Counted from the whole stretch's first letter, positions 26,800 to 41,775 are shown. The stretch is 63,900 nucleotides of DNA, filler included, from Octopus bimaculoides (GCF_001194135.2; 7 parts of 6 records of this genome joined end to end with filler, not necessarily neighbours in it), one strand, 5' to 3'. Made by a program: numbers and translations. Notes: generated from the letters alone by a model not told the origin.

Positions 26800-27320
26800 A
26801 TTTCCTGCTCAGATGTTTATATTTAGATAATTTGAGAGTTCCATTATCATCTTCTTAAAATGATAGTTGAGTTAGGAACCACTTTGATTCCTTTTAGTAC
26901 TTGCAGGAAATATTTGGCTATTCTTTCTTGATCTCAAAGTATGTATGCATTGCGATATTCTAGAGGGTGGTCGTTTTGTCATTCTCAGAGAGGTTTTCTT
27001 TTCTACATAACCCATAATATTTATTAGTAATTCATAATGTTGTTTTGACTTCTAGTAGCTAAGTGTCCCTGTTCCGTCTTTAGATTTATTCTAGCTTGAT
27101 GAAGACGGAATAGCCAGAGTCAATGTTATAAAGTATTTCATAACCAACTCCACACATTAAGCAATTCGGCTTCATTTCATGCATTTTAATGGTTCCTACA
27201 GAGAAGACTTCCATAGTTTAAAATACAGCACTTCATAGCTAATACGGAATTTTGTTTTCTTTTTTCCCCATCATGTTCGGCTTCTGCAGATATTGGCCAT
27301 GTAGGGATTTTCTTGCTATC
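26800..27320 (-). mobile_element. Old R4-like fragment
   Basis: Degenerate LHGQY, CLMCGVGYEILYNIDSG and SENDKTTTL*NI motifs on the minus strand. Confidence 0.5.
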
Positions 27321-29309
27321 CTTTAAACATGACATAATATCTAAGATAAAACATTAGGCTTTTTATTATCTTAGATTTTAGTTACCGCGTCATATCTGTT
27401 GTTGCCTTACCTTTTAACCTATACTTTTATATTATTACAGTCTGTTCAGCTTATTTGAGGAGATAAAAAAGCGAACTTCTCTTCAATTCGTGATTCGAAA
27501 CGATAGAAATACTTGCAAGCCGGCACTGCTCTTGGGGACAGCAAATTCGTCCTACTTACTAATCTTTTATGTTCATTTCTTTTAATTATATCGTATCTTA
27601 ATTATTGTGCGTCATATTGTACTAATTATTTATTAACGTGGCCATATTTGTGCCTTGAAATTTTACTCTCTCCGCTTATTTTTTGTATAACATTTCACGG
27701 GTCTCCATACGCCTTTATATAACCTATCTGTCTCTCAAACAATAGTTTGTTTGTTTTTTTGGAAAACATCCTGGTTAACATCAATTCACATTTGCATGCA
27801 TGTTTTCGTGCCACTGTGGCTAATAAAGAAATTACTATTACTGCTATCATCATCATCGTTATCGTCGTCATCATTAACATCATCATCATCGCCGTTGTCA
27901 GCATCATCCTCATCATCATTGTTAACATATGCTTTGTTGTCGTCGTCTGCTGTAGTATACAACTAAACCCCCTTAGATGTCACTCAGTTTTTGCTACAGA
28001 CAGCGAAGTTTATATTTTCAGTAGAATGTGTCCTGTTGAATCTTAAAATGGTCACAACCTAATTGTCAAAGAAATTCATTTGCTGAAAGAAACATTGAAA
28101 CATTCGTACTGTAACTGCAGAGAAGTATTATTTTCACACATGGTTTGATTCTATAGCAATCTATTAACAATTCAAAACACCGTTATGTAAAAGGAAAAGA
28201 AAAATTCCCCTTATATAATATAAAGTTATCACTTCTTTTGCAGAAATGTTACAATGAATAAATTTCTATGAGAATGAACGCCTATAAAAGAATTTCTTCA
28301 TTTCATTTCGTTTCATTTTAGACTTTGTTCGAAATCGTACAAAGGCATTAACTATTGTGAAAGAATCATGAAATAAAAAGGAATTGCATTCATTTGTTGG
28401 TTGCTAAATAGAAAGAAACATGCTTACAGACGAAAAGAACTAGAGAGCATTGATTTTAATGTCCTTGCTAAAGAAACAGAAAGAACAGGAAAAGATGTAT
28501 ACTATATTACTTTTATCTTCGAGTTCAATAGTTATTTATGACAACTTTATATATTTTAACTTTCTGATGGTGGAGGATTCGTAACGGTATTTTATCATAT
28601 TCTGGTGAACAGACAATAATGCATTACTTCAGTGCTACAGTGCCACATTGTTTGTCCTTGTTAATTATATATTCTATTCTTTCTTTTGCTTAGTTATTTA
28701 CATTTTTTTTTCTAAAGTGACTTAGTGTAAATGCTTTGAGAAGAGAGAATAGAAGCAGTTTAAAGTAATGGCAGTATCGTCAAACGGAAACGGTGTCGGT
28801 TCTCGGCACGTTATAGCCCTATCTACATAGGAAAATCATATAAGTCTGCCCCTCTAGTCCGTCAAGTTGTCTGTTGGTAAAAAGACAAACGACACTGCGT
28901 ATTTAATTAAGCCACGGTATCCACCTAAAACGATTGTAAATCTGATAACTTATATTTATAGATTTAAAATCCTTCTTATTGGTATAGCTTGAAAAGGGAT
29001 GTGTTCTAACAGGATGAGCATTCCTCCATACTCTTTTATACGTCCTTATTTTTCATTAATTGATTATTAGAAAACCTTTACAAGTATTTTCCATATATGG
29101 GTATTTAAACTATTATACATGTGTAAGATATCAATAACAATAAAAATTTACATTATGCATACATGTTATGAACAAATAGCAAAACTTGTTACAAATACAG
29201 GTGAAAAAGCTCATTGACAATATTAAATCCATTTCCATTAAAAATGAAATTTTCCAAGGAACTGTACGAGCATTGAGTCCCTTTTTGGCTAATGCTAAAA
29301 TCTTTAACA

Positions 29310-29520
29310 GACATCCTTAACTGAACTGGATTCAGACGCTAAGTTTATGCTAGGTAAGACAAACAAGAATCTCTCATATATGGATCATTTAAGTCCGAAC
29401 GAGGAAAAGAATAAATGGCAAGAAGCACTGATGCAAACAATAAAATATTTACCAGAGAAATGGAGATGGGATTCGGATCAGAAAAATGCAACAGAGCAAA
29501 ATTAAAGAGAGAAGACAATG
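29310..29520 (+). mobile_element. Old R4-like reverse transcriptase fragment
   Basis: LSYMDHL and EMGFGSEKCNRAKLKR resemble R4 LLYMDDLK..GMEFGLEKC. Confidence 0.5.
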
Positions 29521-30376
29521 CTTGATAGAGAAACAGAAGTGAAAGTTTTACAACAGGTACTTCCTCAATATTCTTTAAATAATATTTTTTCAAATGTTTC
29601 GTTTTTTATTATCCCATGCTGGCATTCCATTTATCGACATATCTACAAACCTTTCCCTCTCTATACATATTTGTGTGTGCCTGTATGTGTGTGCCTGTAT
29701 GTGTGTGCCTGGTTGCGCTCGCGTGTGTGTGTTTCTGCGCATCTGTATCTGCATGTGTGTGTGTAAATATAAATATATTTATATATTTATATACCATACA
29801 ACCTAATCTCCTGACTCATTGAAACAATCTCCGTTTCTAGTGATAGAAAAAGCATCATATGCATGCTCAGTGGACCACACCGAATAAAAAGAGAAGATAA
29901 TTTTAAAATTGTGGAAGAGTTCAAATCTGATGTGACACTGATGGTGAATTGCATGCTAAAGACAATTCTGATTTACTTCATTTGCCTAATTTTTAATTTC
30001 TATTTCCAAGTAGCTAGAGCATAAATGTCATATACGTTCCACTGAGAACTTTCTATAGCTATCAACATAAACTTCCTCATGGATATCGCCTCTATGTTCT
30101 GAAAATGTATTTATTCCCAAATAAAGTGCACTTCATACCATTATCCTGGTACGCAGCTGACAGTCCACAACGTCGTATAGTGAAAACAGCTGTAAGCTAA
30201 TGATGTTCATCACATAACATTTCGTTTTTTCCGGTGTCATCTCTTTGTTTCTGTCGCCTCTCTATGCTCATATGACATTGTGTTCTCGAGAATACGTATA
30301 TTGAGTTCTGCACTAGGTTATTAGTCTTGCTATGGCAAAGCGAAAGATTAAAATTTAGATACTTATATAAGTATAC

Positions 30377-30457
<81 letters not shown>

Positions 30458-31448
30458 AACTTGCATGTGGGTATAACATCCTACGGAAGATAGGCTATTA
30501 TGTATTATCGACATGTTACTGGCTTGCTTGAATTGAGATCCATGAGAGATATGGCGGAATAGATTATATAAATTTAATATGCCGTTTCTTATTTTTGTCA
30601 ATACACGGCCCGAACTTTCCTTATCATTTTACGTTATATCCGTTGTATCTGTTTTCCTCATATACATATCGAGAGAGAAGGGGAGTCATAGATGCATACA
30701 TCCATGCATATATTCATATATATTACTCATTTATCATTCTCATTTATCACTACTTTCTTACACCCTGCCCCTTTAAGTACGTTCGATTAGTTTCAATCTA
30801 TAAGCAGTATATTATTCTGTCACTGCCACAGTGACTGAATATTTATCTAACCTGCATGCCATATTTATATTTATTATGTGATATTTAATACAATATCACT
30901 TCAATAAATTTAATAGTATTTTCTTGTCTTTTATTAATTCATTTTAACTTCTTGCCATTCATTTGTAGTTTTGTTTATGATTTTGCCTTCCTATATTCCA
31001 TATGAATTATTCTTTAATGTCATTGTTGATTCGACGTGTATGTATTGCTCACTCACGAATTAAATTGTCATTTTCCAATGAAAATACGTTCTAATATAAC
31101 CAACAACATCCAGTAGGTGTTCAGTAAATGTCATAAAATTCCTGGAAAACGTTCTTGTGTGCACATGAGGAAATCATTCACTATATTTACAGCTAATTTC
31201 AATACTGTTTCGAAATGTGAAAAATATAAGATTTTATTCACTTTTCAATTTGCTATATTTTGTTTTCAAGATTCATTAATGACGTGTCGGTTTGACAACG
31301 AAAATAATTATTTTGGATAACATGAAACATATTGAAAATTAATGTATTATTTAGCCATCTAAAAGCCTTTTTTTCCCTTCCTAATTGTTGCTTCTGCATT
31401 TTACAAGTAATTTAATAAAAATTTATTATTCAATAAATNNNNNNNNNN

Positions 31449-31491
<43 letters not shown>

Positions 31492-31938
31492 CATGTATGT
31501 ATGTATGTATGTATGTATGTACATGTATGTTTCACTTGTATTAATGTAATTGAAAAATTATAGATTGAAATATCCAATGTAGTATATAATACGGTGATAT
31601 CCTTGAGAATATAAATTTACATCAGCTACGCAAGGTAATGTGTTGAGGCATTATTATTTTATGCAGTATACTCGCTTTGCATTCTTATCAGTAGATCTAC
31701 TCGTTAATGCGTTCCCTACTGAATTCTCATCTCGCAGATGTATAATGAATGGCACGACATGCTCATCTGGTCACAGTGTACCTCGGACTATATTATCTCG
31801 TGTCATTAAGTTAAGATCATGGGATATGAATTTATGGAGATTCGACTCATATATCTTTTATATCGTCTGAGTTACTACGGTGGGGCTTCTTACTTAAGAA
31901 TAGAACACTAAATACTGAAAGCAAATTTTTCCTACACA

Positions 31939-32111
31939 GGCGTAGGAGTGGCTGTGTGGTAAGTAGCTCGCTTACCAACCACATGGTTCCGGGCTCAGTC
32001 CCACTGCGTGACACCTTAGGCAGGTGTCTTCTAGTATAGCCTCGTGCCGACCAAAGCCTTGTAAGTGGATTTGGTAGACGGAAACTGAAAGAAACCCGTC
32101 GTATATATGTG

Positions 32112-32142
<31 letters not shown>

Positions 32143-32415
32143 ATGTTTGTGTGTCTGTGTTTGTCCCCCCAACATCGCTTGACAACCGATGGTGGTGTGT
32201 TTACGTCTCCGTAACGTAACGGTTCGGCAAAAAAGATCGATAGAATAAGTACTAGGCTTACAAAGAATAAGTCCTGGAGTCGATTTGCTCGACTAAAGGC
32301 GGTGCNNNNNNNNNNAATAAGTCCTGGAGTCGATTTGCTCGACTAAAGGCGGTGCTCCAGCATCGCCGCAGTCAAATGACTGAAACAAATAAAAGAGTAA
32401 AAAAAGAGTAAAGAG
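31939..32415 (+). mobile_element. Near full-length tRNA-derived SINE with internal (TA)/(TG) repeat
   Basis: A-box TGGCTGTGTGG, B-box-like GGCTCAGTCCC, (AAAGAGT)-type tail. A 40-bp segment is duplicated across the 10-N gap. A truncated head of the same family is at 5902-5930 and a decayed copy at ~50885-51040. Confidence 0.85.
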
Positions 32416-34484
32416 CTACTTATAATCCCCAACATGTGCATTTCAGAGTTTCCACATGCCGAGGTTGACCGGCTTGAATTGCAGCCAGTCACACATTAAC
32501 TTATTTTAGAACATTTGAAAGATATATTATTCAATACATTTCGAGATTCACTAAGATTGAAAAAAAGACACCAGTTATTTCGTAATGCGTTTGTTCATAA
32601 GTGAGTTGGATCAGAGCAAACAGTGACTGTACAGCTATAAAACAACAATAAAAGTCAACAATTCACATATCAATTTGTAGCTTTAACACTTTGTTCAATT
32701 TTACCATACAGAACCAATTTACATCTAAGACAGTTATGTCTGTTAAGACTTGATTCATGCCATAGAAAAATGAAATAAGCAGTGACAGACTACAAACCCC
32801 AGAAGTCTTGTCTAGTTGTCTGAGACATCAACAATATCGCAATTTTGCAGTGTAATACGGGTACATTTTTAACAACACGTAAACAAAGACAGTACATTGT
32901 AAAATGACAAAGAAACAACTTCAAAAACTAAAAAGTAAAACACTAGTCAGACAGATTCTGTCGAATAAAAAATTCATAGCGTACATATAATCATAAATAT
33001 ATTGAGGTAATAAAATGAAGAAAATATCTATAAAATACATCATATATATATATGTGTGTGTGTGTGTACGCGTGTGTGTGTGTGTACGCGTGTGTGTGTG
33101 TGTCTGTCTCTGTGTGTACGTATGTATATATGTGTGTATACACATACACATATTCTACTGCGTATATTTTCATATATCTGTGTAGAAAAGTTAACTCCGA
33201 AATTATAAGCAATGCACACGCGTGTAATGATGCGGTATCAGAAAATAAGAAAAATAGATATATAGACATTAATTTCTATAAGGAGTCAGAGGAGAGGAGT
33301 TTGTAAAGAGAAATGAAGATGAGTAGCGTGCTTAATTTTACAAATATGACTAAAGGAATCAACCGCATTCTAATGAATTACATCTAAATTAATTTTAGGA
33401 ATACAATTGTTTGTGACTGCAGATAATAACAACAATAACTTTTGTTCGTGGTGGCGATGGTAGTAATGATGATGATGATGATGATGATCCTTATCTCTCA
33501 TCACCATCATGATCATGCTGATCTTAAATCTTGATATATTCTTGACCGAGGACTCAGCTCAATCAGCAAGATATGCTGCAGAAATGCGTGCCTTACAAAG
33601 CGAGCACCACACCTGTTCACAGGAGTCTCTGAAGTAAGAACAGCCAGAGAAAATGAAATCTGGCAATACATTGACTCCATCACAGGTGGAACGTGTCCGT
33701 TCCATATAAGCGTTTAAACTGACGCTTCAATCTACTTTAACAAGAACTGGGAAAATACACGACGGTCAGGTGGCGATTTATAAAGGCGGTAATGTAGGCA
33801 TTCGCCACTTCAGTTGGTATTTTGGAGATTATCTTCTTCACAGACCAAAACTATGCGAGATTAGCTTATTCCGATTACTTGTAGCCAATTCTGATTTAAG
33901 TCCATTTGCAAGTCTTAAAATGGTTGAAGCCTACCTACATGTCTAGATTTATTTTTCTCTTGCTATTGGCTCGTATTCCTGTTCAAATGTGCCGGTGATC
34001 ACCATATCCTTGGAGGCCTACAGTAATATTCTCTAACAAAACCGTTTTCCATTCCCAGCTCAGAAAGATGACTCAAAATTTTCTAGTTTCTGCAACAATA
34101 GACCTTCCGTTATCGCGTATATAATGAATGGACAAGAGAGACTGTACATGACATAATGAATACATTCATGAAAAGTAAAGAAAATCTCTTTAATATATGT
34201 CAGATCAGAGACCACCTACAAATGTTGTTACTGCTGAAAATTGGAACGTTATTCTATCAAATAAGTGAATCGGTTAATGTACGCTTACTAAGACTATATA
34301 TTCATATTTCATCCTTCTTCAACACCCTGCTAAAAAAAACTATTTGTTTGCTTCTATTTTTCATATATCTGCAAACTAAGATAATATTTACCTTAAAAAC
34401 ATATGCCTTTTATTCTCCAAACTTTGCTTCCAACTGAATATATCAGAATCCCATATAATGTATGAGTATAAAAGATCCCATCAC

Positions 34485-34580
34485 CTTTAAACGGAATCTG
34501 AACAAATTTCTTCAAGGAATACCAGACAAGCCACCTATATCTGGATACAACTCACTCAACAAGAACTCCCTATTCGAATG
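34485..34580 (+). mobile_element. Short CR1-like 3' end
   Basis: FKRNLNKFLQGIPDKPPISGY..NSL. Confidence 0.5.
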
Positions 34581-35489
34581 TTCCATGAAACCACAAAACT
34601 GGTCTTGAAAAGGATTTAGCTAATCCTGTCAGGTACTGATATTAAGTAGGACATGGCCACGACCAGTCTATGATCGAAACATATCTAAGTTATATCACGC
34701 ACAAATTTAACTTGTACTCTTCTATCAAATTGATTAGCTTATTATTATTCCAATAATTCGTTTTTCAGTATTATAATGACTACTGAATGTTAAATCAGGA
34801 ACTAATTGAAATAATTAAAATACAGATATGTACAAAAATTTGCACATATTTAAAAGGCACGTGGTATTATTTGCTTCCGTCAGCTTAAGGGAAATAACTC
34901 AGCCAAAACTTGATTAACACGTATCGCAACAGAATATATCGTTGACGACTTAAACTTGCCCCCTCTGGTCAATTATTTATCCAATGATATCAAATTTCTA
35001 ATTATATTTTTCACCATTAGTTAATTTACTTCAACCTAAGGATAGAAACGTGCCTCAAGATGTTCCTAATTAATAAGTAATGATTAAATACATTACAATA
35101 ACTTAATCGCTACCTTCATTACCGAACAGTCTGCTCGCCATTACAAATTAATTTTCAAGTATCAAGGCAAGATATTTTTTTCACGTCTCGTTTTCGGTTT
35201 GGTTTCGTTGATTGATGATTTTTTTGTCATTGTTCACTTGTATGAACAGTACTCATGAAATACAACCGCTGTGTTTCGCAATATGGGTGTATATCTTTGT
35301 CTTTTCTAATATATGTATGTGACTATGTACGTTGTTGCAGATATATGTAAACTATATCTTCTTCTGCAAAAATTTAAAACCATTATTATTGCTATTATTA
35401 TTATTCATATACACACAGCTGTGTATATAAATAAAATTCCTAACATCAGGCTTCAACAAGTAACATTAGATATTATTATTATTATTATT

Positions 35490-36153
35490 GAGTGAGACAG
35501 AGCAGTGCATGCTTTCAAATTGACACTGAGGTGAAATATATGAAGTCCAATATACCCATCATGGCTACCCGTCTGGGGTTTCCTAGTATCTGAGCTAGGT
35601 AGCAATCAACCCCTTTTGCTATCAGTCCTAGGGCACCTACGACAAGTATTGTTCTAATCTTCAGGTTCCGCATTTTGCTAATTTCTATTTCAAGATCTTT
35701 ATACTTGCTCAGTTTTTGGAAGGGCTTGATAGATATGTTTATACCGGTTGGGACAGTCATATCAATGAGGAGGCATGATTTTTCTCTCAAGTCTTTCAAT
35801 ATAATGTCTGGCCTATTTGCATCTATTTTCCTGTCAGTTTGAATGGTGAAGTTCCAGAGGAGTGAGATGTGATCATTTTCAAGCACTGGAGGTGGCTTGT
35901 GTTCCCATCAGTTTTTATAGTGGATCAGGTCCAAGTTTTTGCAGATTATCCAGTGAATATACTGTGCTGCTCTATCATACCTGTTGAGATGCTCTGTAGG
36001 CGCAAGAATACTGCACATGGAGACAACATGATGAATGGTTTCATTTTGTTGTTGACATTCACATGTTGGGAAGCTGCCGTTCTTTAATATGTTGGCCCGG
36101 TAGTTTCTTGTAGATAGTTTCTTGTATGATAAAATCGCACTCTTCGTCTTGAC
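35490..36153 (-). mobile_element. 5'-truncated R4/Dong-like non-LTR retrotransposon (CCHC knuckle + RLE endonuclease)
   Basis: CECQQQNETIHHVVSMC..RYDRAAQYIHWIIC, then LWNFTIQTDRKIDANRPDII..LIDM. (ATT)n on both sides. Confidence 0.85.
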
Positions 36154-36809
36154 TATTATTATTATTATTATTATTATTTAGCATTTCGATGCTTAGTTTA
36201 ACGTTAATATTTCTGCAGTATTTTGTAATTTCTCTTGTATAGGAAGTAATCTACGTGATGTATGCACATTACTTCGTGCTGTTATTTTCGTTATGCTGTG
36301 CAATTTTTTGTGACACTTTGATTTGCAGATGGTTTGCTTATTTCTATGTTCCCTATGTTCCGGGTTTTTACCAGTAACTAAATTAGTCATTTGCAAGACA
36401 TATAATTTCTCTTTTCATTACCCCCAACTGGTTATCTCTATTTCCAGATCTTTACATGCCATTAATATTAGAGATACATTATCGTGCATTTAAGCTAATA
36501 TTTCGATTGTGTAGCATTAATCATATTAGAGTATTTGAGAACCATATCTTGCCGATTACCGTATCTCTATGAGAAAGAAATTATAATGTGTACTGAATGG
36601 TAGTTTTATCATTTCATCATTTTATAATGCAGGAATAACTCCACTGTATTCGAAGCTCAACTTTGTTCAGTTCTGTAGATATACTATTTAGTGGCTTATA
36701 CTGGACATGCGAAAACGTGATTCATTGTTTCTTCCGAGTTTATTGAAAGGTACACTTTTACTCTTTTTTCAGAAAATGAGGGGGGAAAGGGAATGAAAAT
36801 TCACAACGA

Positions 36810-36999
36810 CAATTCTTTTCTCAGTACGTGTGACGTACCGGTTTTAAGACAATCCTTTGCACTTCTTGCATGGATGGTAAGCCATGGATCATTCTTAAAT
36901 AATTTTCAGTTCTTTTTTTATCATACCAAGTGGTCCTATAATCACTGGTACTTTAACCGCCTTGAGATGCCACATGTTTTCGATTTCGATTTCGATTTC

Positions 37000-37036
<37 letters not shown>

Positions 37037-37294
37037 TTATGTTTGACTTTTGTTTTGCATTTGTACAAGTTGGATCCAAGTCTCACCCAGAGACCTCAAG
37101 AGACAACAAGTTAGAAGTTCATGTAGGTGTTATGCCTAGGGTACCATATATTTGGATTTGTACAGTTTTGTTCAAGTGAATGTTTAAGAAACCATAAGAA
37201 AATTATGTTTGCTTTAAAATTTGAGATCACATAGACAGTATTTTACGTAGGATATGGGCAGTTCCCATGAGCACTATCTTTTGGACTTCAGCCA

Positions 37295-37295
<1 letters not shown>
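36810..37295 (-). mobile_element. Two short R4/Dong-like 3' fragments (36810-37000 and 37037-37295) separated by (ATT)n
   Basis: EIENMWHLKAVKVPVIIGPLGMIKK and TGTSHVLRK in the first; LAEVQKIVLMGTAHILRKILSM* plus 3' UTR in the second. Confidence 0.8.
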
Positions 37296-37356
<61 letters not shown>

Positions 37357-37358
<2 letters not shown>

Positions 37359-38950
37359 GAGAACACACATCTTATATTGCTGGGTATGATGGAAAGTGTC
37401 AGCTACTCTCAGCCATCAGACTAAGGTGGCACTTGTTTACTGGTTATGCTTCAAGAATTCTGCGAAGAATTCTTGCAGTTCCAAGCAGCGCTGATTTTTG
37501 TAGGTGTTCTACTTTCACACTTGCACTGATCTATCTTAGCCATATTGGTAGTTGAATGCTAATACTTCTAAATGCGCCAATTATTATTAATATCGCATTT
37601 ACTGTCTTCATCGACCACAGCCTTCAAATCGTCATAGTTGTTTATTTTTTTCTTCTTTTCACATTGTTCCTGTAATCATTGGGGCATGCTATGCCGATTA
37701 TCGTACGTGCTCTTATTTGTTTACTCTCTTGCTCAGTACAACTATGCCCGGTTTCCGATGCCTGGTCGGATGATCATACTGGATCATTGCGTACCACAGG
37801 ATTTTTCAATTCTCATTTTCGTTGAATCCTGCTGGAGTTTGCTACATACCACGTCTTTGCTGTTTGTAGGCCGTGATTTCTACAGAAATTCCAATGAATC
37901 CTTCTTGCTACATTGTCATAGCATCTTTTGTATTCGCATTGTGCCAATTTCAGGCATTCGCTGACGATGTGCCTTACCGTTTTACCCCTCTCACCACACA
38001 TTCTGCATTTGTCGCTATCGGTAGTTCTGTACTTCGTATAGTTGGTCCTTAACGATTATTCCTGAGCTGCGCTGCGCATATGAGTTGTTGTTGTTGTTGT
38101 TGATTTGATTCACATTCGGTCTTATTCCTGATAGGATTTATGTGAGTAGCGGGTTACCTTAGGTCTCCACTAGCTTTCAATAGTCTTTCAAGTGCTTAGA
38201 ACCCGCCTGATAATCTTTCCTGTCACCGAGAGGAAAACCTTCTATAGAAGCTCTACAGGATATATAACTCCAATACTTCAACCATTTGTCTATATATTTG
38301 CTTTCAGTTCCCAATACACCAACTATTTTAGCACAAAATTTACAGTTTTCAAATTTAAAGCATTGTAGACTTCTGTTTTCGTATTCTTTCTTTACGATCA
38401 TGGAATCAAACAGGCAGGATGGATCAATTAGTAACCAGCCTCGCTTTTCATTCTCTATCATTGTTTTGTCTGGTCTATTATTTTCTAGCTTCTTGTCCTT
38501 TTGAATATGAAATTCCCACAAAATCTCACATTTCTCTGACTCCAGTCCTCTTTCGACGCGATGTTCATATCATATGTCTCTAATTTCAAATCCTCATTTC
38601 TGGCAAAGCTTCCAAACATTGGTAACTTGCTTTTGGTGCTACGCTTCATTTTATTTCACGTTTCCTTTATATTTATCAGCTTTCATGTTTCTACTATTTA
38701 AGATGTCTGCGCTTGCAAATCAGTTTTATAGGTTGTTTGTTATGTTGACTTTTTCATCTTTTATGATCGAAAATATTAGTGAGATTCGAATCCTTTCAAC
38801 ACAGCTGCCATCATTGTGACCTATAATTCTGTTAATAACCCTTGGTGTTGCCATTCTAAGAATTTTGGAGATAGAACAACCACAGGAAAATATCAATGCA
38901 ACGTCGTTTGAATTCCCCAAAATGGAATGTGGCTAAATAATCAGACTTTC
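37357..38950 (-). mobile_element. Two further R4/Dong-like fragments (37357-38084 and ~38110-38950)
   Basis: KCRMCGERGKTVRHIVSECLKLAQ..IHW and LQKSALLGTARILRRILEA* in the first; WEFHIQKDKKLENNRPD..LLID in the second. Confidence 0.8.
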
Positions 38951-39089
38951 TTGTTTGAAGTTCGGTATGAATGAAACAAAGTAAATCACGTCACTTCCAG
39001 TTATTTGGGGATATCGTCTTTTATACGCGTGCCAATACCAAAAACATAATATTAACAATAATATCACCAACAACTATAACATCAACAAA

Positions 39090-39104
39090 TACTACTACTA
39101 CTAC

Positions 39105-39168
<64 letters not shown>

Positions 39169-39238
39169 AAGAAGAAGAAGAATGATTATAATGATGATGA
39201 TGATGATGATGATGATAATGATCATAATAATAATAATA

Positions 39239-39303
<65 letters not shown>
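39090..39303. repeat. Compound (ACT)(AAT)(AAG)(GAT)(AAT) trinucleotide microsatellite
   Basis: Direct reading. Confidence 0.95.
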
Positions 39304-39304
<1 letters not shown>

Positions 39305-39369
39305 GCTCGGTAGTGAAGTGAAAGCACGTTATAATAATAAAACTACTGAACAGTAATAATAATAATAAT

Positions 39370-39459
39370 ATATCTGAACTCTCAACACTACTCACTATTC
39401 AAAAAATAGCCCTGCTAGGAACAGCCCACATCCTACGCAACACGCTACCAATTCAATAA
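39370..39459 (+). mobile_element. R4/Dong-like 3' ORF end following (AAT)n
   Basis: IQKIALLGTAHILRNTL..*. Confidence 0.7.
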
Positions 39460-40021
39460 TGCAACCCAAATAAACCAATCTCCAATCACAAGACACATTC
39501 TATAAAGCAAAATAAAAATTAAAAAAATTTTAAACAACATGTGCTCTGCAGGCTGGATGCTAAACAGGAGAACACAACTCGCGTTACACACACAACACAC
39601 AATACAAACAGTAATACAACGAATGATTGCAAACAAACTCCATAACAAAGCAAACTAACGCAATACTATTCCGGGAAGAATTTGCACTCGCCAACAACAA
39701 AAAAGAATAGACAACGCTGCACACACCCCAGCAACACGGAGGTGTAGCATGTTGTGCAGTTCAGATTTGCCTGTAACTATTAAATGTTGCATAATAATAT
39801 GTTATGATGCAATACTAGGCTGTGGCTCTCACGACTTTGATCTTAACTGATTGGAAATGTTATGAGAAACGGGCCATGATCTTGCACGTGGGGCCCAGTT
39901 AGTAACAATTTCCGCCGAAGTCGACTTTGCATTTCATCCGTAAGGATGAAATACCCAGCCCGCCAAAGTTTCAGGCCTTGTGCCAATAGTAGAATGGAGA
40001 AAATGTTGAGCCTTGTGTCTA

Positions 40022-40238
40022 AAGCGGAAAGGATCTGGCAGAATGGTTAGCAACCTGGACGAAATGCTTAGCGGTATTTCGCACGTCGCTACGTTCCGAG
40101 TTCAAATTCCGTCGTGGTCGGCTTTGGCTTTCATAATTTCTGCGTCGATAAATCAAGTACCAGTGAAACACTGAGGTCGATATAAATGGTTGGTCGCATC
40201 CTCCAAAATTTCAGGCCTTGTGCTTATGATAGAAAGGA
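40022..40238 (+). mobile_element. SINE, same family as 24925
   Basis: tggcagaatggttag..gagttcaaattcc..caagtaccag..ggccttgtgc. Confidence 0.7.
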
Positions 40239-40239
40239 T

Positions 40240-41724
40240 CCCGGTTGTCGTCCTTCTTCTTCTTCTTCTTCTTCTTCTTCTTCTTCTTCTTCTTCTTCTT
40301 CTTCTTCTTCTTCTTCTTCTTCTTCTATTACTTCTTTTTTTCTTGTTTTCTTTGTCGTCTACNNNNNNNNNNNNNNNNNNNNNNNNNNNNNNNNNNNNNN
40401 NNNNNNNNNNNNNNNNNNNNNNNNNNNNNNNNNNNNNNNNNNNNNNNNNNNNNNNNNNNNNNNNNNNNNNNNNNNNNNNNNNNNNNNNNNNNNNNNNNNN
40501 NNNNNNNNNNNNNNNNNNNNNNNNNNNNNNNNNNNNNNNNNNNNNNNNNNNNNNNNNNNNNNNNNNNNNNNNNNNNNNNNNNNNNNNNNNNNNNNNNNNN
40601 NNNNNNNNNNNNNNNNNNNNNNNNNNNNNNNNNNNNNNNNNNNNNNNNNNNNNNNNNNNNNNNNNNNNNNNNNNNNNNNNNNNNNNNNNNNNNNNNNNNN
40701 NNNNNNNNNNNNNNNNNNNNNNNNNNNNNNNNNNNNNNNNNNNNNNNNNNNNNNNNNNNNNNNNNNNNNNNNNNNNNNNNNNNNNNNNNNNNNNNNNNNN
40801 NNNNNNNNNNNNNNNNNNNNNNNNNNNNNNNNNNNNNNNNNNNNNNNNNNNNNNNNNNNNNNNNNNATCGCTCGTACCCAAGTAGATTGATCGTTAGACA
40901 GACTGAAAATTACGGAGACGCCTCATTAAGTAGCTAATCTGAAAGATTCTTTAGTAGTTACCCTATGTCATATCTACAATTGCTTTCAAATTCACCTACT
41001 ATCGAATTCTTAAACGCAGTTGGTTCGGCTATCTTACAAATTGTGAAAACATACGATGGAAATCTATGGTAATTAACTTAGAATTCAATTAACTTGGCGT
41101 GATTACCTATAGTAAGTGTCAAAATTCATCAAACTGTGTAGACGCTAATAATTAAAGGTTTCAAAACTAATATAACCGCTAAAAGTTATTATGAATATGT
41201 AAAACTTTCGTTAATGCAGCAATAGTTTTTATACAAAATCAGCAGAATTTTCTCTCATTTTATATGAATGCTGTTCGATTGTTTCATATTCACGTGAGTA
41301 ACATTGAAGTTACTTCGCATACATACAAACGCACACACGTATATACTCTCACACGCACACACACACTGACATGCACACGTATACACACACTCACATTTAT
41401 ATATAAATATATNNNNNNNNNNTTCTTCTTCTTCTTCTTCTTCTTCTTCTTCTTCTTCTATTACTTCTTTTTTTCTTGTTTTCTTTGTCGTCTACTTCTT
41501 CTTTTCCTTCTTCTTGTTTTCTTTGTCATCTACTTCTTCTTTTCTTCTTCTTCATGTTTCTTCTTCTTCTTTCTCTTCTTTTCCTTCTTCTTCTTCTTCT
41601 TCTTTTTCTTCTTCCTCTTCTTCTTTCTCTTCTTTTCCTTCTTCTTCTTTCTCTTCCTTTCATTCTTCTTCTTCTTCTTCTTGCCGCCGTCCTCGTTGTT
41701 GTGGTTATTGCTGATGTTGTTGTC

Positions 41725-41775
<51 letters not shown>

